From Azolla caroliniana (taxonomy: Eukaryota; Plantae; Polypodiophyta): a stretch of DNA of 64,000 bases. The notes under the pieces were generated by a model. It did no database searches. It was given only the letters and a program-made list of their open reading frames with translations, and was not told where the DNA came from. The stretch spans positions 7,502,001-7,566,000 of the forward strand of contig JBHGNT010000002.1 of the NCBI GenBank assembly GCA_043228905.1, given 5' to 3'. How positions within the stretch are numbered: position 1 is the first letter of the stretch; every line of letters starts with the position of its first letter. Positions 37,280 to 50,427 of this stretch are shown here, piece by piece. The position numbers were made by a program, and so were the translations under genes.

Positions 37280-39470
37280 TGGGGAGGAAAACAAAACTGC
37301 TAATTGAGTTTTCTGTTGTTGTCAAAAGAATTGAAGTGATGGGGGGAAATTGAAAGAAAAGAAAGAAAGAAAGAATTCCAAACAAAAAGAAAGGGAAGAA
37401 TAAATGAAAGAGAGAAAAAAAAACTAAAGGAAAAGTGAGTGGTGAGATTTGAACTATGGCACATGCCAAATGTGTGGCTCTATTCTTAGAAGTTAGAACT
37501 TAAAACCACACACACACACACACTCACATAAATAAAAACAAAAGAACAAAAAAAAGATTAACAAATGATCTATGTTATCCCAATCCAATGGAACTCCTTA
37601 ACACACAATAAAATGATCAACTTGAAAAAGCTCATCTTTTTTTTGCCCTAGGTCCCTAACCTTCTCTTCTTGAAATAGTGGATGTAATCAAAATAAACTT
37701 CTTGTTATGTGAAAGTGACTTTGTGTGCCCCAGCTCACCTCACAGGTCTCCCCACTAATGAAACACCGTCATCCCCAAGGATTGCTTTCACCTTTAGAGA
37801 AGACTACATAACAACTAGCTGGTACTCCCCACATAATCACGTGAAATCTCCTATCATGCCTGTATGTGCTCGATTAGCCACGTGCTACTTGGCCCCCCCC
37901 TTGCATGTGAAATTCATTCTCACAACATATTGATTTGACCCATGTGATCATCCTTTACTAAAGTAACCTAGGCAAAACTCTCTTGTAGTAATATGTACCC
38001 ATGGCTCTCTTCCTTTGCTTTTTTGTGAGAATTTTGAGTCATTTGTGAGAAGCGCTTATAGCTTTAGAAAATTCGAGTTGGCCATGCCCCTCTTATTATA
38101 AGACCTGTTAACAATCAAATAGATTTGATTGGGTATCTCTTACCATGTCCACACTCCACGACCATGTATGATTGTCCATGTGCTACTCCATATGAGTACA
38201 AGCAGTCATGTGCTATGACACCCATAACATGTGGAAATTCTATTCATGTGGATATGACGGGGAGCTCTTGTCACATGCAATGGACCCCTACAAAATCATA
38301 TCAAGATAATGTAGTTCTTGGTGACAGGGATCCTCACCTCACACATCTTCCTTATGAGCATGGAACAAAGAGAAGATAAAAATAAAAGATTCATCATTTT
38401 ATTTTATGGTTGTGAATCTCACAACCAATTATGAGGAAATTTGGTCTTTCACGAGGAAGGTGAATGGCCTTTTTTAGTTGGACAAGATAGTTATGTGTGA
38501 TCCAAAATCAAAGATTCTTCTCCATGTGTAATATCTTTATCGATTAAGCTTAAATTATAATATTCATTGACATGAAACAGAAGTTCACAAAGAGGGATAC
38601 AACACCAATACATTATCCGCACTCGCCTTTCTAAGATTTGAACTATTGTTTTGAGAAGCCTAGCTTGAGCAGATATTTGTAAAGCCTAAACTTAGTTGGC
38701 AATCTAGTATAGTTAAATATGAAAGACAAAATTAGAAAAATATATTAGCATGTCTCGTTGTTGAGAGTAATATTTTTTAGGATTATTAATATGAAACCCA
38801 TAAATTTCTTTTATTCCAAATGGTGGTTCATAATACATATTGCTTGATGGTTCTCCACTTCCTATTTGGAGTAGTTCAACACATGGGTTTAAGTGGGAAT
38901 TAAGGTTCCGTTTAGGTATCAATCTTTGGATTGATGTTGTATGCTCAATTATTATTTTCTTGCCCTACCCAATTGGCCAAGGGAGTTTATTTGATGGGAT
39001 GTCAAGATGTCAAACCCATATGGATGGACTGCTCATATTGAAATTTTAGCCATTAATTAGTTGTGTGGAGTTTAAATGTTGCTTAGCTAGATGACAATAA
39101 TACCTACTTAGTCAAAATGAGCACTAAATTTTATGAGATATCTGAACCATTGATGATTGTCAAAATCGTGAGCATTTGACATGTAGATCCCTTGATGCAT
39201 GGCCTAAATCTGCCTCTGTTACCCATTTTTGGTTTGAAACTCCCTCCCTAATATAAAATTATAGTGCTCATACATAAGCATTTGTGTCAAGGAGGAATGA
39301 GAATTCATTGTTGTGAATTGTGATTAGTGAAACTCTGACCATCTCAAATTGGAGTGGTGGCAAAATAAAACTTTGATGATTTTGAATGGAACCTTTTAAG
39401 TGATATAAGTTAGGAGAGGGGATTCTAGTTTTCTAGTCTACTCCTACCTTGAAGAGAGATAAGCTAATCA

Positions 39471-40110
39471 TGTCTTTCAAGCATCTCTGTGCAAGTATGT
39501 CCCTTCTTGTATAACAAAATCACCTCACCAATATGTTTGTAGGTATGTGGATCATATTGTGATTGATTGGATAATGTTCATTTGTTGCTACTTGGGTTCC
39601 TCATATTTGTTACAATTTACAAGTATTATAAGCCAAACCATCATTTTTGCAATTACTCCTAATGATTGGTGGCGATTTAACTCATTGTCACCATCGTCAT
39701 CTTGGGCTGATTGGATGATGTTCATTTGTTGTTACTTGGGTTCCTCTTTTGTCTTTCAAGCATCTCTGTGAAGTATGTCCCTTCATGTATAGCAAAATCA
39801 CCTCACTAATATGCTTGTAGGTGTGTGGATCATATTGTGGGTGATTGGATAATATTCATTTGTTGCTTCTTGGGTTCCTCATATTTGTTACAATTTACAA
39901 GTATTATGAGCCAAACCATCATTTTTGCAATTACTCCTAATGATTGGGGGCGATTTTTAACTCATTGTCACCATCGTCATCTTGGACTGATTGGATGATG
40001 TTCATTTGTTGCTACTTGGATGATATTTGTTACAAGTATTATGAGCCAAATCATCATGTTTTGCAATTACTCCCAATTATTGGTGGTGATTTAACTCATT
40101 GTCACCATCA
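39471..40110. repeat. ~280-bp tandem duplication plus partial third copy
   Basis: TGTCTTTCAAGCATCTCTGTG at 39471 and 39750; shared TTCATTTGTTGCTACTTGG and GCAATTACTCC blocks. Confidence 0.9.
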
Positions 40111-40411
40111 CCATCTCATTCTTCACTCTCATCCTCATTATTATTATCATACTTTCCCTTATATGCGTCACAAATATCATAAATTAAATCACACCCATTT
40201 TCAATCTCATCACACTTTCTTCCCATATCTCATATAATTAAACCCAACAATGTCATTGTAAACCATAACCCTATCTTATCTAACACACATGTATCAAGCA
40301 TACATTTCTTCTTACCAACATCATCATCATTATATCATCTTCACTTTCGTTTCCTTTATGATTCCTAACCACATCATTTTAAAAATACTCACACATTACC
40401 CCACATTTAGT

Positions 40412-40850
40412 AATAGACAAGGTTTGATTTTTGTAAACATTTCGGTTTAGTTTGGGGGTTAATGGTTCGGTTTGAGCCTTTAATGGCTTAACGGTTTAAA
40501 TGGTTAAAATGGCTAGATGGTTTAGGATTGATTTGATTATTTTTCTTAAATATTTTAAGCGTAATTTTGATATTTTAAAAAAATCTTTAAATATTGAAAA
40601 ATTAAAATTTGAAATATTGAAAATTTTAAAATTAAAATGTGAAAATTTGAATTTTGACCTAACTTGAAAATTGAAACAAAACCGTGAAACAATTGTTTTA
40701 ACAATAGCAAGGTTTGAAAATGTCTATAACCGTTTGGTTTGAGCTTGAATGTTTTGTAACGGTTCAGTTTTAATGGTTTCGTGGTTCGGTTCGGTTTAAG
40801 TTTCAAAATTTTTAAATGGTTTGAGTTTGATACTCTCAAACCAAATCGAT
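40412..40850. mobile_element. Probable non-autonomous DNA transposon remnant (two CAAGGTTTGA-headed arms with CGGTT/GGTTT subterminal motifs)
   Basis: Repeated AACGGTTT/GGTTCGGTT motifs around an AT-rich core; no clear TIR/TSD pair. Confidence 0.35.
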
Positions 40851-42413
40851 CGTTGCCAATTGTTACCTACATCACCATTTTTAGCTATACTCGCATCATA
40901 CCCTACATTATTCTTCCAAGCACATAACCCCTTATCATTATCCTCTCAATGCTTACCCTCGTCCTTATCATTGTCATCATATTTAGCCTTATCCTTATCA
41001 TACCAAAATTGCAATAACTAGACAAACCATGCTTTATTATCACAATTCACAACACACACCCTTAACATGATGCCTACCCTCGCTCTCATACTTACATTCA
41101 CTGTCGCAATCATGATTCATCATCATTGTATAATCTCTTAGCATGGTCAAAAACCTAAAACCCATGAACCCTTACCACCATCATAATAATTTGTCAACGC
41201 AATCATCACCATTCCAAACCACATCGACATCATGCACATAATCATGAATATTAAACACATATTTATTCACCTACCCATTGTTACCTACTCTCAATTCTAT
41301 TGCCTTTTGTATGTGATGACATCCCACGTCATTGAATCTTTATCAAAGGCATTCCGTAAATTGGTCGCCTTTGTGAGATGATGCTACATCATAGACATCT
41401 CCCCTTCTCAAACATTTAGTCCTTGATTTTCCACCTCCCTACTACATGTTTGTGCACAGAGTAAATAGGATAACCATAAAAGCAAATTTGTATTGCATAC
41501 AAAATAACATTTTCTATTATTTAGATTGATGTTAACATAATTAGAGATCTTATTGTCTTCTGATGCCCTTCAACTTGTAATGATTTGCTCTCATATAGGG
41601 TTTCCCATTCAAAGCTAAGCATATTTGCTACTTGGCACACATACGTTAACTTTCCCAACCACTAAGTCTATGCACGTGTTTCCACTTGATGCATATGCTT
41701 TTCGCGCACACACATTAACCTTCCCAAACCCAAGTGTAAGCGTTTGTTTCGAGATGATGCAAATGCCTTTTCTTGTACTTTGTGAATTCCTTTTTAATTT
41801 GTTGTTCACCTAATTTCTTACAAAAAACTTTTTAAGAAATGATGTACTTGATTGATATTTACATTGTTCCAAAATTTGGATGTACAAGGTTTCAATCTTG
41901 TCCTCTCAAAAATCACATTTTGTATGCACAATGTTGATTAATTTTAAATATTATCCTTTCGCATACTCCTTTGCAACCTTGGTTTAGAGGTGATTCACAC
42001 CATGTGCGGTAGACAATACGACACTACAAGGGTCACTAGAGTGACTATTCAAGTTAATTAATTCTAAATATTGTTCTATCATCAATGCTTTTGTAATAAG
42101 AACCCACCCTTGGTTTAGAGGTGGTTCACATGATGTGTTGTAGGTAGGCAACACAATTGCGAGCGCCACCTCAGCGACAACACCATCAATTTGGAGTGCT
42201 TGCATAGACATTTTTTTAGAGCTTCAAATGCTCTACATGTTTTTTTACACGGTTACTTGAGAGTTTTCTTCTGAAGGCCTTTAGTTCCAATTCAAGTGTA
42301 AAGGAATCACACCATTCTCTCTACCATGAAATGTTTTATTGCACACTACAATGGCCACTTATTTTCTCTTAACTCTTAGTCACATAGACACCCTTCATTG
42401 TTCACCTTCTCTT

Positions 42414-42449
<36 letters not shown>

Positions 42450-43302
42450 CCTTCCAAAATGCTCAACACAACAAAAACAAAAAAAAATTAAGAGAATGAA
42501 ACAATGAGAATACAATAAGGGGTATAGAGTCAATAATTGAATATTGCAGTTGAAGATCCCACTCTCTAGTTACATTGGTCGCTATTTGTATGTTGTAGAT
42601 GGAGACACCAGTCTTCATTTCGAAGTTTGGTCTTAAAGACAAATTGTTGTGAGGTTACCAATGTCCATTTTGAACTTAAACATGCACACTTTCTATTTAA
42701 AGGGGCCTTTATTTTTATTATGGCCTATGAACTATTAGCTAATTATGAGCATTATGACTTATGGTCGTTGAACCTTGCTCACACTCGCTCACTAGCCAAG
42801 TCACATGGCATGCTCATGGGACATCTAACTATGTGAATGAACCTAGAGTTGCATGGACACAAGGGCATTATGCCGGAGATGAGAATTTGGTAATTTTCAA
42901 GATGATGCCATTGTTGTCAGGTTAGTTGGAGGAGGGAGAGTTGCTAATCAATTAGATGGTTGGCAGTAGAGTAGATGGTGGTGGTGTTAACTAGTGCATC
43001 ATGAGTGGATAGGGTAGTTGGGTTTGTAATAGAGGTATCATTGGGCTTTGGTGGAGGAGGAAAAGACTGTAGAAGGGATGTCAACATAGTTGAACCTAAC
43101 ATGAACCCACCTAGACACAACAACCTTGATGTCATTAGTGAAGTCTATTGCCAGCTCTTGATAAGTCTACGTGATTTTCGTATCACAATGATTGACACCA
43201 TGCACAAAAACTAGAGATATGGCATAATAGAGAAGAAGTGGAGTTACACAAGATTGCAAGAAAGTGTGAAGGCAAGAGCTTTGTGAACACAAAAAACATA
43301 AT

Positions 43303-43766
43303 TGTTATGGGCATGACCATAAATTATCTCGTGGTAAGTTTGTATCGTAGTATTCTATACACGTGGATAAAGTGTGAGGGTTAAACGAGAGTGTAAAGAA
43401 CGGAGGATTACTTTTAATCCTAGGAATTGGACAACCCATAAAGGCCAAGTGTGAACTTGCTAGGGAGCATTAGGTCTGGCTATAAATATGAGGCCTAGCT
43501 ACCCTCATTAGGACATTATTGAATTCGTCGAGACTCTAATCTTGTGGTGATCAAACTCTTGTAGCGAGCATGCCAATAGCAAGTACGATTGATGCCACGA
43601 CAGTAGTATGGGATGCCAATCGAGGCTCGAGTCCATCTCGATCCCTTTGCTCGAGGGTGGTCAGGTGGATCGGTACCCTTCTTTCTCTCTCCTTTCTTAT
43701 CTATCTATCTATCTATGTATCTATTATTTCCTTGTCATATGCTTACATTAGGATTAATCTCTAACA
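43303..43766 (+). mobile_element. Solo LTR related to the 3828-12295 Gypsy LTRs
   Basis: TGTTATGGGCATGACC...CTCTAACA, colinear with 11841-12295. TSD ATAAT/ATAAC; no PBS or PPT on the flanks. Confidence 0.92.
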
Positions 43767-44199
43767 ATAACCTTACTCTGGATTCAGGAGGTTGTGCTTA
43801 GGGGGAACTTGTGCCATGTATTTACTATTTGTGGAATGGTCATCCCCAATCTTAAGGCCATTTGTGTAGGTGCACACTAGTTAACTCAAGGATTATGGCA
43901 ATTAGTTTTTCATTAAATTGGACAGATTCACCTCAATATCGTGAGAGATCATTAGCCCCAATGGGCCTTAACTCCAAGGAGTGTCTTAACTACAAAACAA
44001 GACCTATGCTAGCTATTACCATAACTACTAGTTCCTACCCTAACACTTAATTGCTACTACATCAAGCAACTTATCAACACTTACCTCACATGCTGAGCAT
44101 GGAATGTTTGTGTGGGTTGGGGTGTGTGTGAGTGAGCGAAGGGGTTTGCCAATAGTGTTCCATGATACAACTTCAAGTAGTACCTATTCACTAGTTTCC

Positions 44200-44860
44200 A
44201 TTTGACTCAAACACCAAGGATGCCAAGTTGGAAGGTGTTATTGCAAATACTTTGAATGATCCAATATGAGTCAACCCAACAAAAATGCATTTTCTAGGGC
44301 ATCATTGAATTGATGTTCACAAGAACTATCATGTTGGTTGATGATGGCCTTCCACCATTTTAGTAGGAACTTCATGCATTGTACGGTGTTGAGACAAATC
44401 TCAGTGAGAAGTATTGTGACCTTCCCTTGGTAGAGAAAGGGTTGCTTGTCCATGCACTTGTTAGTTATGTGAATGGAAAAATTGGGAAGTTGGTATTTCG
44501 ATTGGGGGGGGGGGGTCTCCAAGATGAATGCCATTTGGAATCTAGTCAATTGAGTCTAGAATGTAGATTTTAGTTTGTGATCCTATCATGTTTAGTTCTT
44601 GATGATGATCTTCTTCAAAATTTTGTGCAAGGTCTTGTTGGTCAAGTTGTTGAGACCATTTCCTCAGGGTAGTATGTTTTGCACCACATATCATAGAGTA
44701 AATGAGAGGATTACACGATTGACATGTTAGATGGGTTATCCTTAATAAATGATTTCCTATAGATTATGTGCCATGGACATCATGCTATTATTAGGAAGCA
44801 CTTTCCCTTAGACTCATTTTGTGCAATAGTTGGTGGAGATGGGAATTGAGCATTTCTCTC
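44200..44860 (-). pseudogene. Highly degenerate Gypsy integrase fragment
   Basis: Minus-strand TACTACCCTGAGGAAATGGTCTC..ACCAACAAGACCTTG..AAAATTTTGAAGAAGATC resembles the YYPQGNG..TNKTL..ILKK integrase core. Confidence 0.45.
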
Positions 44861-46646
44861 CATTTGGAATTTGTTGAATCAAATTCTCCAAGAGGATTAG
44901 GGCCAAGTTTACTCATTATTGCATTAGATCGGCTAGAGACTGAAACACATGTAAGGGCATAAGCGGGCTTGGACACCATTTTTGTAAGGGTTTCAATAAG
45001 AGAGCAAGTTGTTGATAAGGCATATACAGGGGCATTGATCAAAGCATGCCTACATTGAGCCCACTCACTCATACTACTTGCTTCGAGGGAGGTGAGTTCG
45101 AAGGCATAATTTGTGTTGGCATAAAAGGCCGACTCCTTCCATTTTGTATCCTGAGTGTGAACATGTTCCCAAGTTAGGGCTTGAGTATATAAGCCCAATT
45201 GTAACATTGTAAAAGAGTGAGAGAGTTTTATAGAATAGAATAATAGAGTCTCCATTAGAGCTTAATCGTGTCTATCTTACCTTCTACCTTCTTGCATATC
45301 CATACTCTATTTGTGTTGTTTGTTGTACATATCTTCTTGCAGGTCCTCACATAGTCTTCCGCATATCATATTATATCATATCATATATTCAACAAGTGGT
45401 ATCATAATGACCTTGCTGTCTGGCGGCAAAGAACAACAAAGATTGAGAAGAGAAGCTATCCAGCTAAGAGAAAAGACAAGGGCAACAACATCTACTTTCC
45501 AAAAAATGGCGACATAATTCGACATAAATGTGGAAATTTGGAAGTTCGACGGGAAGAACTTCGCCCTATGGAAAGAAATGATGCAAGACATGCTCATAAT
45601 CCAAACACAGGTCGAAGTGATCCGCCAAAGTGATGAACCATCATCGATGTCTCCTCAAGGGTGGAGATCGATGGACGAAATCACAGGATCGGCCATCTGG
45701 ATGCACTTGGCCGAGAATGGACTCTATTTTAGCATGGTCAAGGAGACAACAAAATTCTCTTTTGGGAGAGAAACTTTAGGTTGTATACGAGAAAAAGTCC
45801 TCCTCTTTGAAGCTCATATTGATCCGACAGTTGTTCAATATGAAGATGAGAGAGAAAGATCCGGTGACCTCCTACATCAACACCTTTAGCCCAAGGGATT
45901 AACTTTGAAGAAGAAGTTAAAGCCCTTGCCCTCCTTTCGAGCTTGCCGGTGTGTTGGGAGGTATTCTGCACAACATTCAGCAACAACTATCCAAAACTAA
46001 ATTTGGACGAAATGATTAAACAAGTCCTCACAAAGGATATTGAATGAAAATTGATGGGACTCAACATCGATGAATTGGTAGAAGCCCACTACTCAACTGA
46101 GTCTATCAGACGAACCAAGCGAAAGAACTGGTCGAAATACCAGTTGAGAGAGGAGGGAAGACTGACAGTAGTCAAACTCAAAGAAATTATAGTCAATCAA
46201 GTGATTTCTGCACTCATAACAAAAAGACTAGTCACAAAGTTTCTGACTACTAGTCCATAAAAAGAAAGGAGAAAGGTCGGCGATTTGATTAGACATAAGG
46301 ACAATCTGATTCGAACCGTTCTCCTATTGGCGACCAAGTCAATGTTGCCAAATCCTGGTGTCGAGGAAATCCTCGCGTGTTCGCGAAATGAAGCGGGACC
46401 ACCGGGACCGAAAGGATTCGATGTTCTTAGCAGCGTAAGAAAGAAAGTATTGAAGATAGATAGATGGATGAGGGAGAGAGAGAGAGATTGAGATAGAGAT
46501 TGAACCCTTGACTTTAGTTTTACGAGACAAGATGCATCACCATTAGGATAACTCCGATCTTTGCTTAAAAGTTTCTTTTTTTTACTTACATCACTTGCCT
46601 CCCTTACACAAGCCTAACTATAGGCTTTTATAGGTCTCTCCATGCA

Positions 46647-46735
46647 AAAACCATGGCCTAAACCCACGGGCTAAAACCATGGGTTAAAACCACGAGCCGA
46701 AACCACGGGCTAAAACCATGGTTTTGTGCCCATGG
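46647..46735. repeat. ~14-bp AAACCAYGGGCTAA tandem repeats in LTR U3 (one more unit in the other LTR at ~49612-49715)
   Basis: Seen directly, immediately upstream (minus strand) of CCTATAAAAG. Confidence 0.8.
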
Positions 46736-46799
46736 TTTCTATATGTTTGCTTCTTAGAAATACTTAATATGAAAAGAAAATATACAAATGCTAAAGCAC

Positions 46800-46870
46800 T
46801 TAATAGTGGCTTTAGTGGTAAGTTAATTTGTCTCCTGTCTTGGAGGTGCAAGGTTTAAGCCTTGATTCTA
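46800..46870 (+). promoter_or_regulatory. tRNA-like Pol III A/B-box cassette in LTR U3 (second copy at 49780-49850)
   Basis: A-box TGGCTTTAGTGG at 46807-46818. B-box GGTTTAAGCC at 46852-46861 (GGTTCAAGCC at 49831-49840). Spacing 45. Confidence 0.65.
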
Positions 46871-47796
46871 CCCTTATGTATGCATGCACTTAAATGTTAC
46901 TAGGCTTTAGTCTTATTTTTATATTTACAATTGAGCGCACATCACACGTGCACATGTTTAACTTTACATCTAGCTTTCCTTTTACGATTCTCATTTTAGT
47001 CCTATTTACAACATGCTAGCATATGTATGTGGCCTTCACCCCTTTCACACGTGCACATTGCACCTTCTCAATTTCGTTTGTTGCACACAATTTTCACACC
47101 GTTGCCGAAAATCTTCACGACATCCACCCCCACCAAATAGCACGTCCTTCGGTACATGCCAAGAAGAGAGAGTGTGAGATTTCGGCTATGGTGATTAGTA
47201 CGATTCCTTCGTTTCAAGCATGTCCATTCCCTTCACTTGAACCATTGTCGCCACCCAATCCACCATATCATTCGCTCATTCTTTGCTTTACCATGACCAG
47301 TTGTCATGGCCCCTTGTTCTCCTTCCGAGCATATCCGTTTAGGCTTTATGCATGTTCCACCTTCTTCCCGACCATCTCCTTGGTCAAGGCACTCCGCACT
47401 TCGTCCACCTTCGTTGTACAATCTCGCGTTAGAGTTGATGATCTTCACGTTAGAGCCCTCAGTCGAGATCTCATCCTCGGTAACACCCTTCAAATCCGCT
47501 TGGCTCATTTGGCCCTTGTTGTCCATGGTAGTGCACCTGCTTGGCCTCTTCCTTGTCTTCATCAACCTTGACTTCTTTCCGGATCGGTCTCCTCCGATCG
47601 GCTTTCAGTTGGATCGACTTTCGTTCGGATTTGTATTCGGATGAATTAGACTTGGTTGATTGGTTTCGACCAAGTCAACCCCCTTCCGGGTCGGGTTTGA
47701 CCGATCGGTTTCAGGCCGGGTTGGTTTCCATTTCCTTGTGTTCACTGGCCTTGACCGGTTCGACCTCCGGTTGAGTTGGATTAGCTTCTTTCTAGA

Positions 47797-49265
47797 TCAG
47801 TCTCGTTTGATCGGCTTCCGGCTAGAACGATTTTGATGCGGATCGGGCTCAACCAATTGGATTTCGGCCGAATCCACCTCCACTTGGTTTGGCTTCTGTT
47901 TAGGCCGGAATTCCGGCTGGATCATCTTCCGTCCGAACCCACTTCTGGCTCTACGTTTCTTGTTGCCACCTCCCGTCTCTCCGGTCTCACATTGGTTCTC
48001 AGACACAACCGCTGAAGTCTCTAGAATTAGTGGGTAAGAATCCTTGGTATTACCGTCCTCCATCGTTTCGCCCATAGCCACCTTCTCGGCTATCTCTTCG
48101 TCGTATGCATTGACTTTGACCTTTGTTTTCTCTCTGGAACCTTCTATCTCTTCGGTCTCACGTTGCCTTTCGAATGCAACTGATGAAGTCTCTAGAATTA
48201 GTGGTGGGAAAGTCTCGACACGGCCATTCTCCATTGACTCGTTCATAGCCACCTCCGACTCGATGTCTTCTTTCGTAGCTACCTCTCTAGACTCATGGGC
48301 CTCGTACCCATTAACCCTCTTGATCGAGCAAGCCTCGATTATGCTTCCCTGTTCGTCGCATGTATTCATTTTGACCTTCGGCTCCTCGCCAACACCTTCC
48401 GTCTCTTGGGTGTCCCGTTGGTTCTTGGACGCAATTGCCCAAGTCTCTAGAACAAGTGCGGAGAAAATATGGCCATGGTTGTTGTCGACGCTTGTTATCT
48501 TGTTCATAGCCACCTCTTTGATGTCGATTTTAGTGGCTAGATCCTCCATCATGTCGACCTCACAGTCTTTATCTCCCTTGATGCAAGCTTCGATTAAGCT
48601 TGCTCCTTCATCATCCGATGTTTCGAACACGACGCATGTTCCGAAACATTCATCCTCCCTCGAAGTGGCCTTCTCCGTCCTCGAGTCATCATCAATCTTC
48701 TTTTCATGTAGGTTGATTTGTTTAGGCAACTCGACTTCTTTAGATGGTCTTTTTTTTTCTATGTTTGACCTTACCAAGTCAATATCTTCAAGCCATTGAT
48801 GACGCCTATCGATCTTGTTGCACGCTCTCATCACCGCAGCCTAGTCTGCCACAAGCCCGTTCACTTGGGTATCATATTCAAGGAGAGTCCCCAATTCTCA
48901 TCTATCCTTCATATCCACAACTTTCAGGAAGTACAAAGCCTTGTCCTCCTCAAACAACACTTGGTCCGTGGTAGGGAAACGACTAAACATCTGGTCGAAC
49001 TCGTCGTATGCCCTCGAGGCGCTCATCTTCTTATTTTTCTTTTCTATCCACTTCATCAAGACATGTCCCTTTGATTCATCTCCCTTTTGTATACATCCAG
49101 GAACTTCGTAATGTTCCTTCCATCAAATTGACCCTCAACCTCCATGACACGGTTGATGGCCTTCTCCACCCTCGCATCGTTGTCCTGAGATATCATCATT
49201 TGCTCGAAGATTATCATGATTCTTTCGAACTCTCGCACTTGATTGCTTGAGGATGCCATCTCCAA
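47797..49265 (-). pseudogene. Disrupted gag-like ORF with three acidic internal repeats
   Basis: Begins MEMASSSNQV..FDGRNITKFLDVYKREM and continues through stops to a 345-aa ORF with LVLETWAIAS/LILETSSVAF/LILETSAVVS repeats. Confidence 0.7.
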
Positions 49266-50427
49266 GTATTGGTTGATCCTCGTCTTGATCCTTCCTACCG
49301 CTTCTTCACGTCGGGTTCACCAAGTAAGATGTCGAGGAAATCCTCACGTGTTTGTGAAATGAAGCGGTACCACCAGGGTCCTGGACCGGAAGGATTTGAT
49401 GTTTTTAGCAGCGTAAGTGAGAAAGTATTGAAGATAAATAGATGGATGAAGGGAGAGAGAGAGATTGAGATAGAGATTAAACCCTTGACTTGACAAGATA
49501 CATCACCATTAGGATAACTCCGATCTTTGATTAAAAGTTTCTGTTTTTTACTTACATCACTTGCCTCCCTTACACAAGCCTAACTATAGGCTTTTATAGG
49601 TCTCTCCATGCAAAAACCATGGCCTAAACCCACGGGCTAAAACCATGGGTTAAAACCACGAGCCGAAACCATGGGCTAAAACCACGGGCTAAAACCATGG
49701 TTTTGTGCCCACGGTTTCTATATGTTTGCTTCTTAGAAATACTGAATATGAAAAGAAAATATACAAATGTTAAAGCACTTAGTAGTCGCTTTAGTGGTAA
49801 GTTAATTTGTCTTCTATCTTGGAGGTGCAAGGTTCAAGCCTTGATTCTACCCTTATGTATGCATGCACTTAAATGTTACTAGGCTTTAGTCTTATTTTTA
49901 TATTTACAATTGAGCGCACATCACACGTGCACATGTTTAACTTTACATCTAGCTTTCCTTTTATGATTCTCATTTTAGTCCTATTTACAACATGCTAGCA
50001 TATGTGTGTGTCCTTCACCCCTTTCACATGTGCACATTGCACCTTCTCAATTTCGTTTGTTGCACACAATTTTCATACCGTTGCCGAAAATCTTCACGAC
50101 ACCGGTCTGGAGAAATCCTCTCCCTAGAGGAATCGTTAACCGGTGAAGTCCTATATAGTGCACAAGATGCGCTAACATGGCTGTTGGATTTGGGTGCCAC
50201 ATTTCATGTGATCCCCAACATCGAATGGTTTTTGGACTATTCGACCGGAGTCAACAACACAATCCGACTCGGCAATGGGTAGGAGTGTGTAATTGCAGGG
50301 ATCGGCGAGGTCGCCATCCAATTGTCGAACGATAATACTATCACCCTGCACCAAGTCTGGCACGTACCCGAGTTGAAGAGGAATCTGGTCTTCATCGACA
50401 TGTTAGCGGAAGCTGGGTACCGAAAGA

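Larger units (their letters stand above)
46359..50101 (-). mobile_element. Non-autonomous Gypsy-type LTR element (tRNA-Trp primed, gag-like ORF only, no pol)
   Basis: LTRs 46359-47122 and 49330-50101 (TGTCGAGG...TCACGACA). PBS TGGTGAACCCGACGTGA (49322-49306) is complementary to the plant tRNA-Trp 3' end. PPT GGTGGGGGTGGA at 47134-47123. 4-bp TSD CTGG/CCGG. The internal 2.2 kb has FDGRNITKFL gag-like sequence plus acidic repeats. Confidence 0.92.
44872..50427 (+). mobile_element. Copia element A (5' LTR, gag and protease; interrupted at 46359-50101 and at 50428)
   Basis: LTR 44872-45394 with perfect 8-bp terminal IR TGTTGAAT/ATTCAACA. PBS TGGTATCA at 45397. Gag KFDGKNFALWKEMMQD. Across the insertion it reads VNVAKSRSGEILSLEE..WLLDLGATFHV..VWHVPELKRNL. 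Confidence 0.85.

Noticed and set aside
37047-37469. 140-aa ORF upstream of MAKR
   Set aside because: Non-ATG start, low complexity and a TA microsatellite; more likely 5'UTR/promoter.
48044-48799. 251-aa plus-strand Ser-rich ORF
   Set aside because: Antisense shadow of the acidic gag-like ORF.
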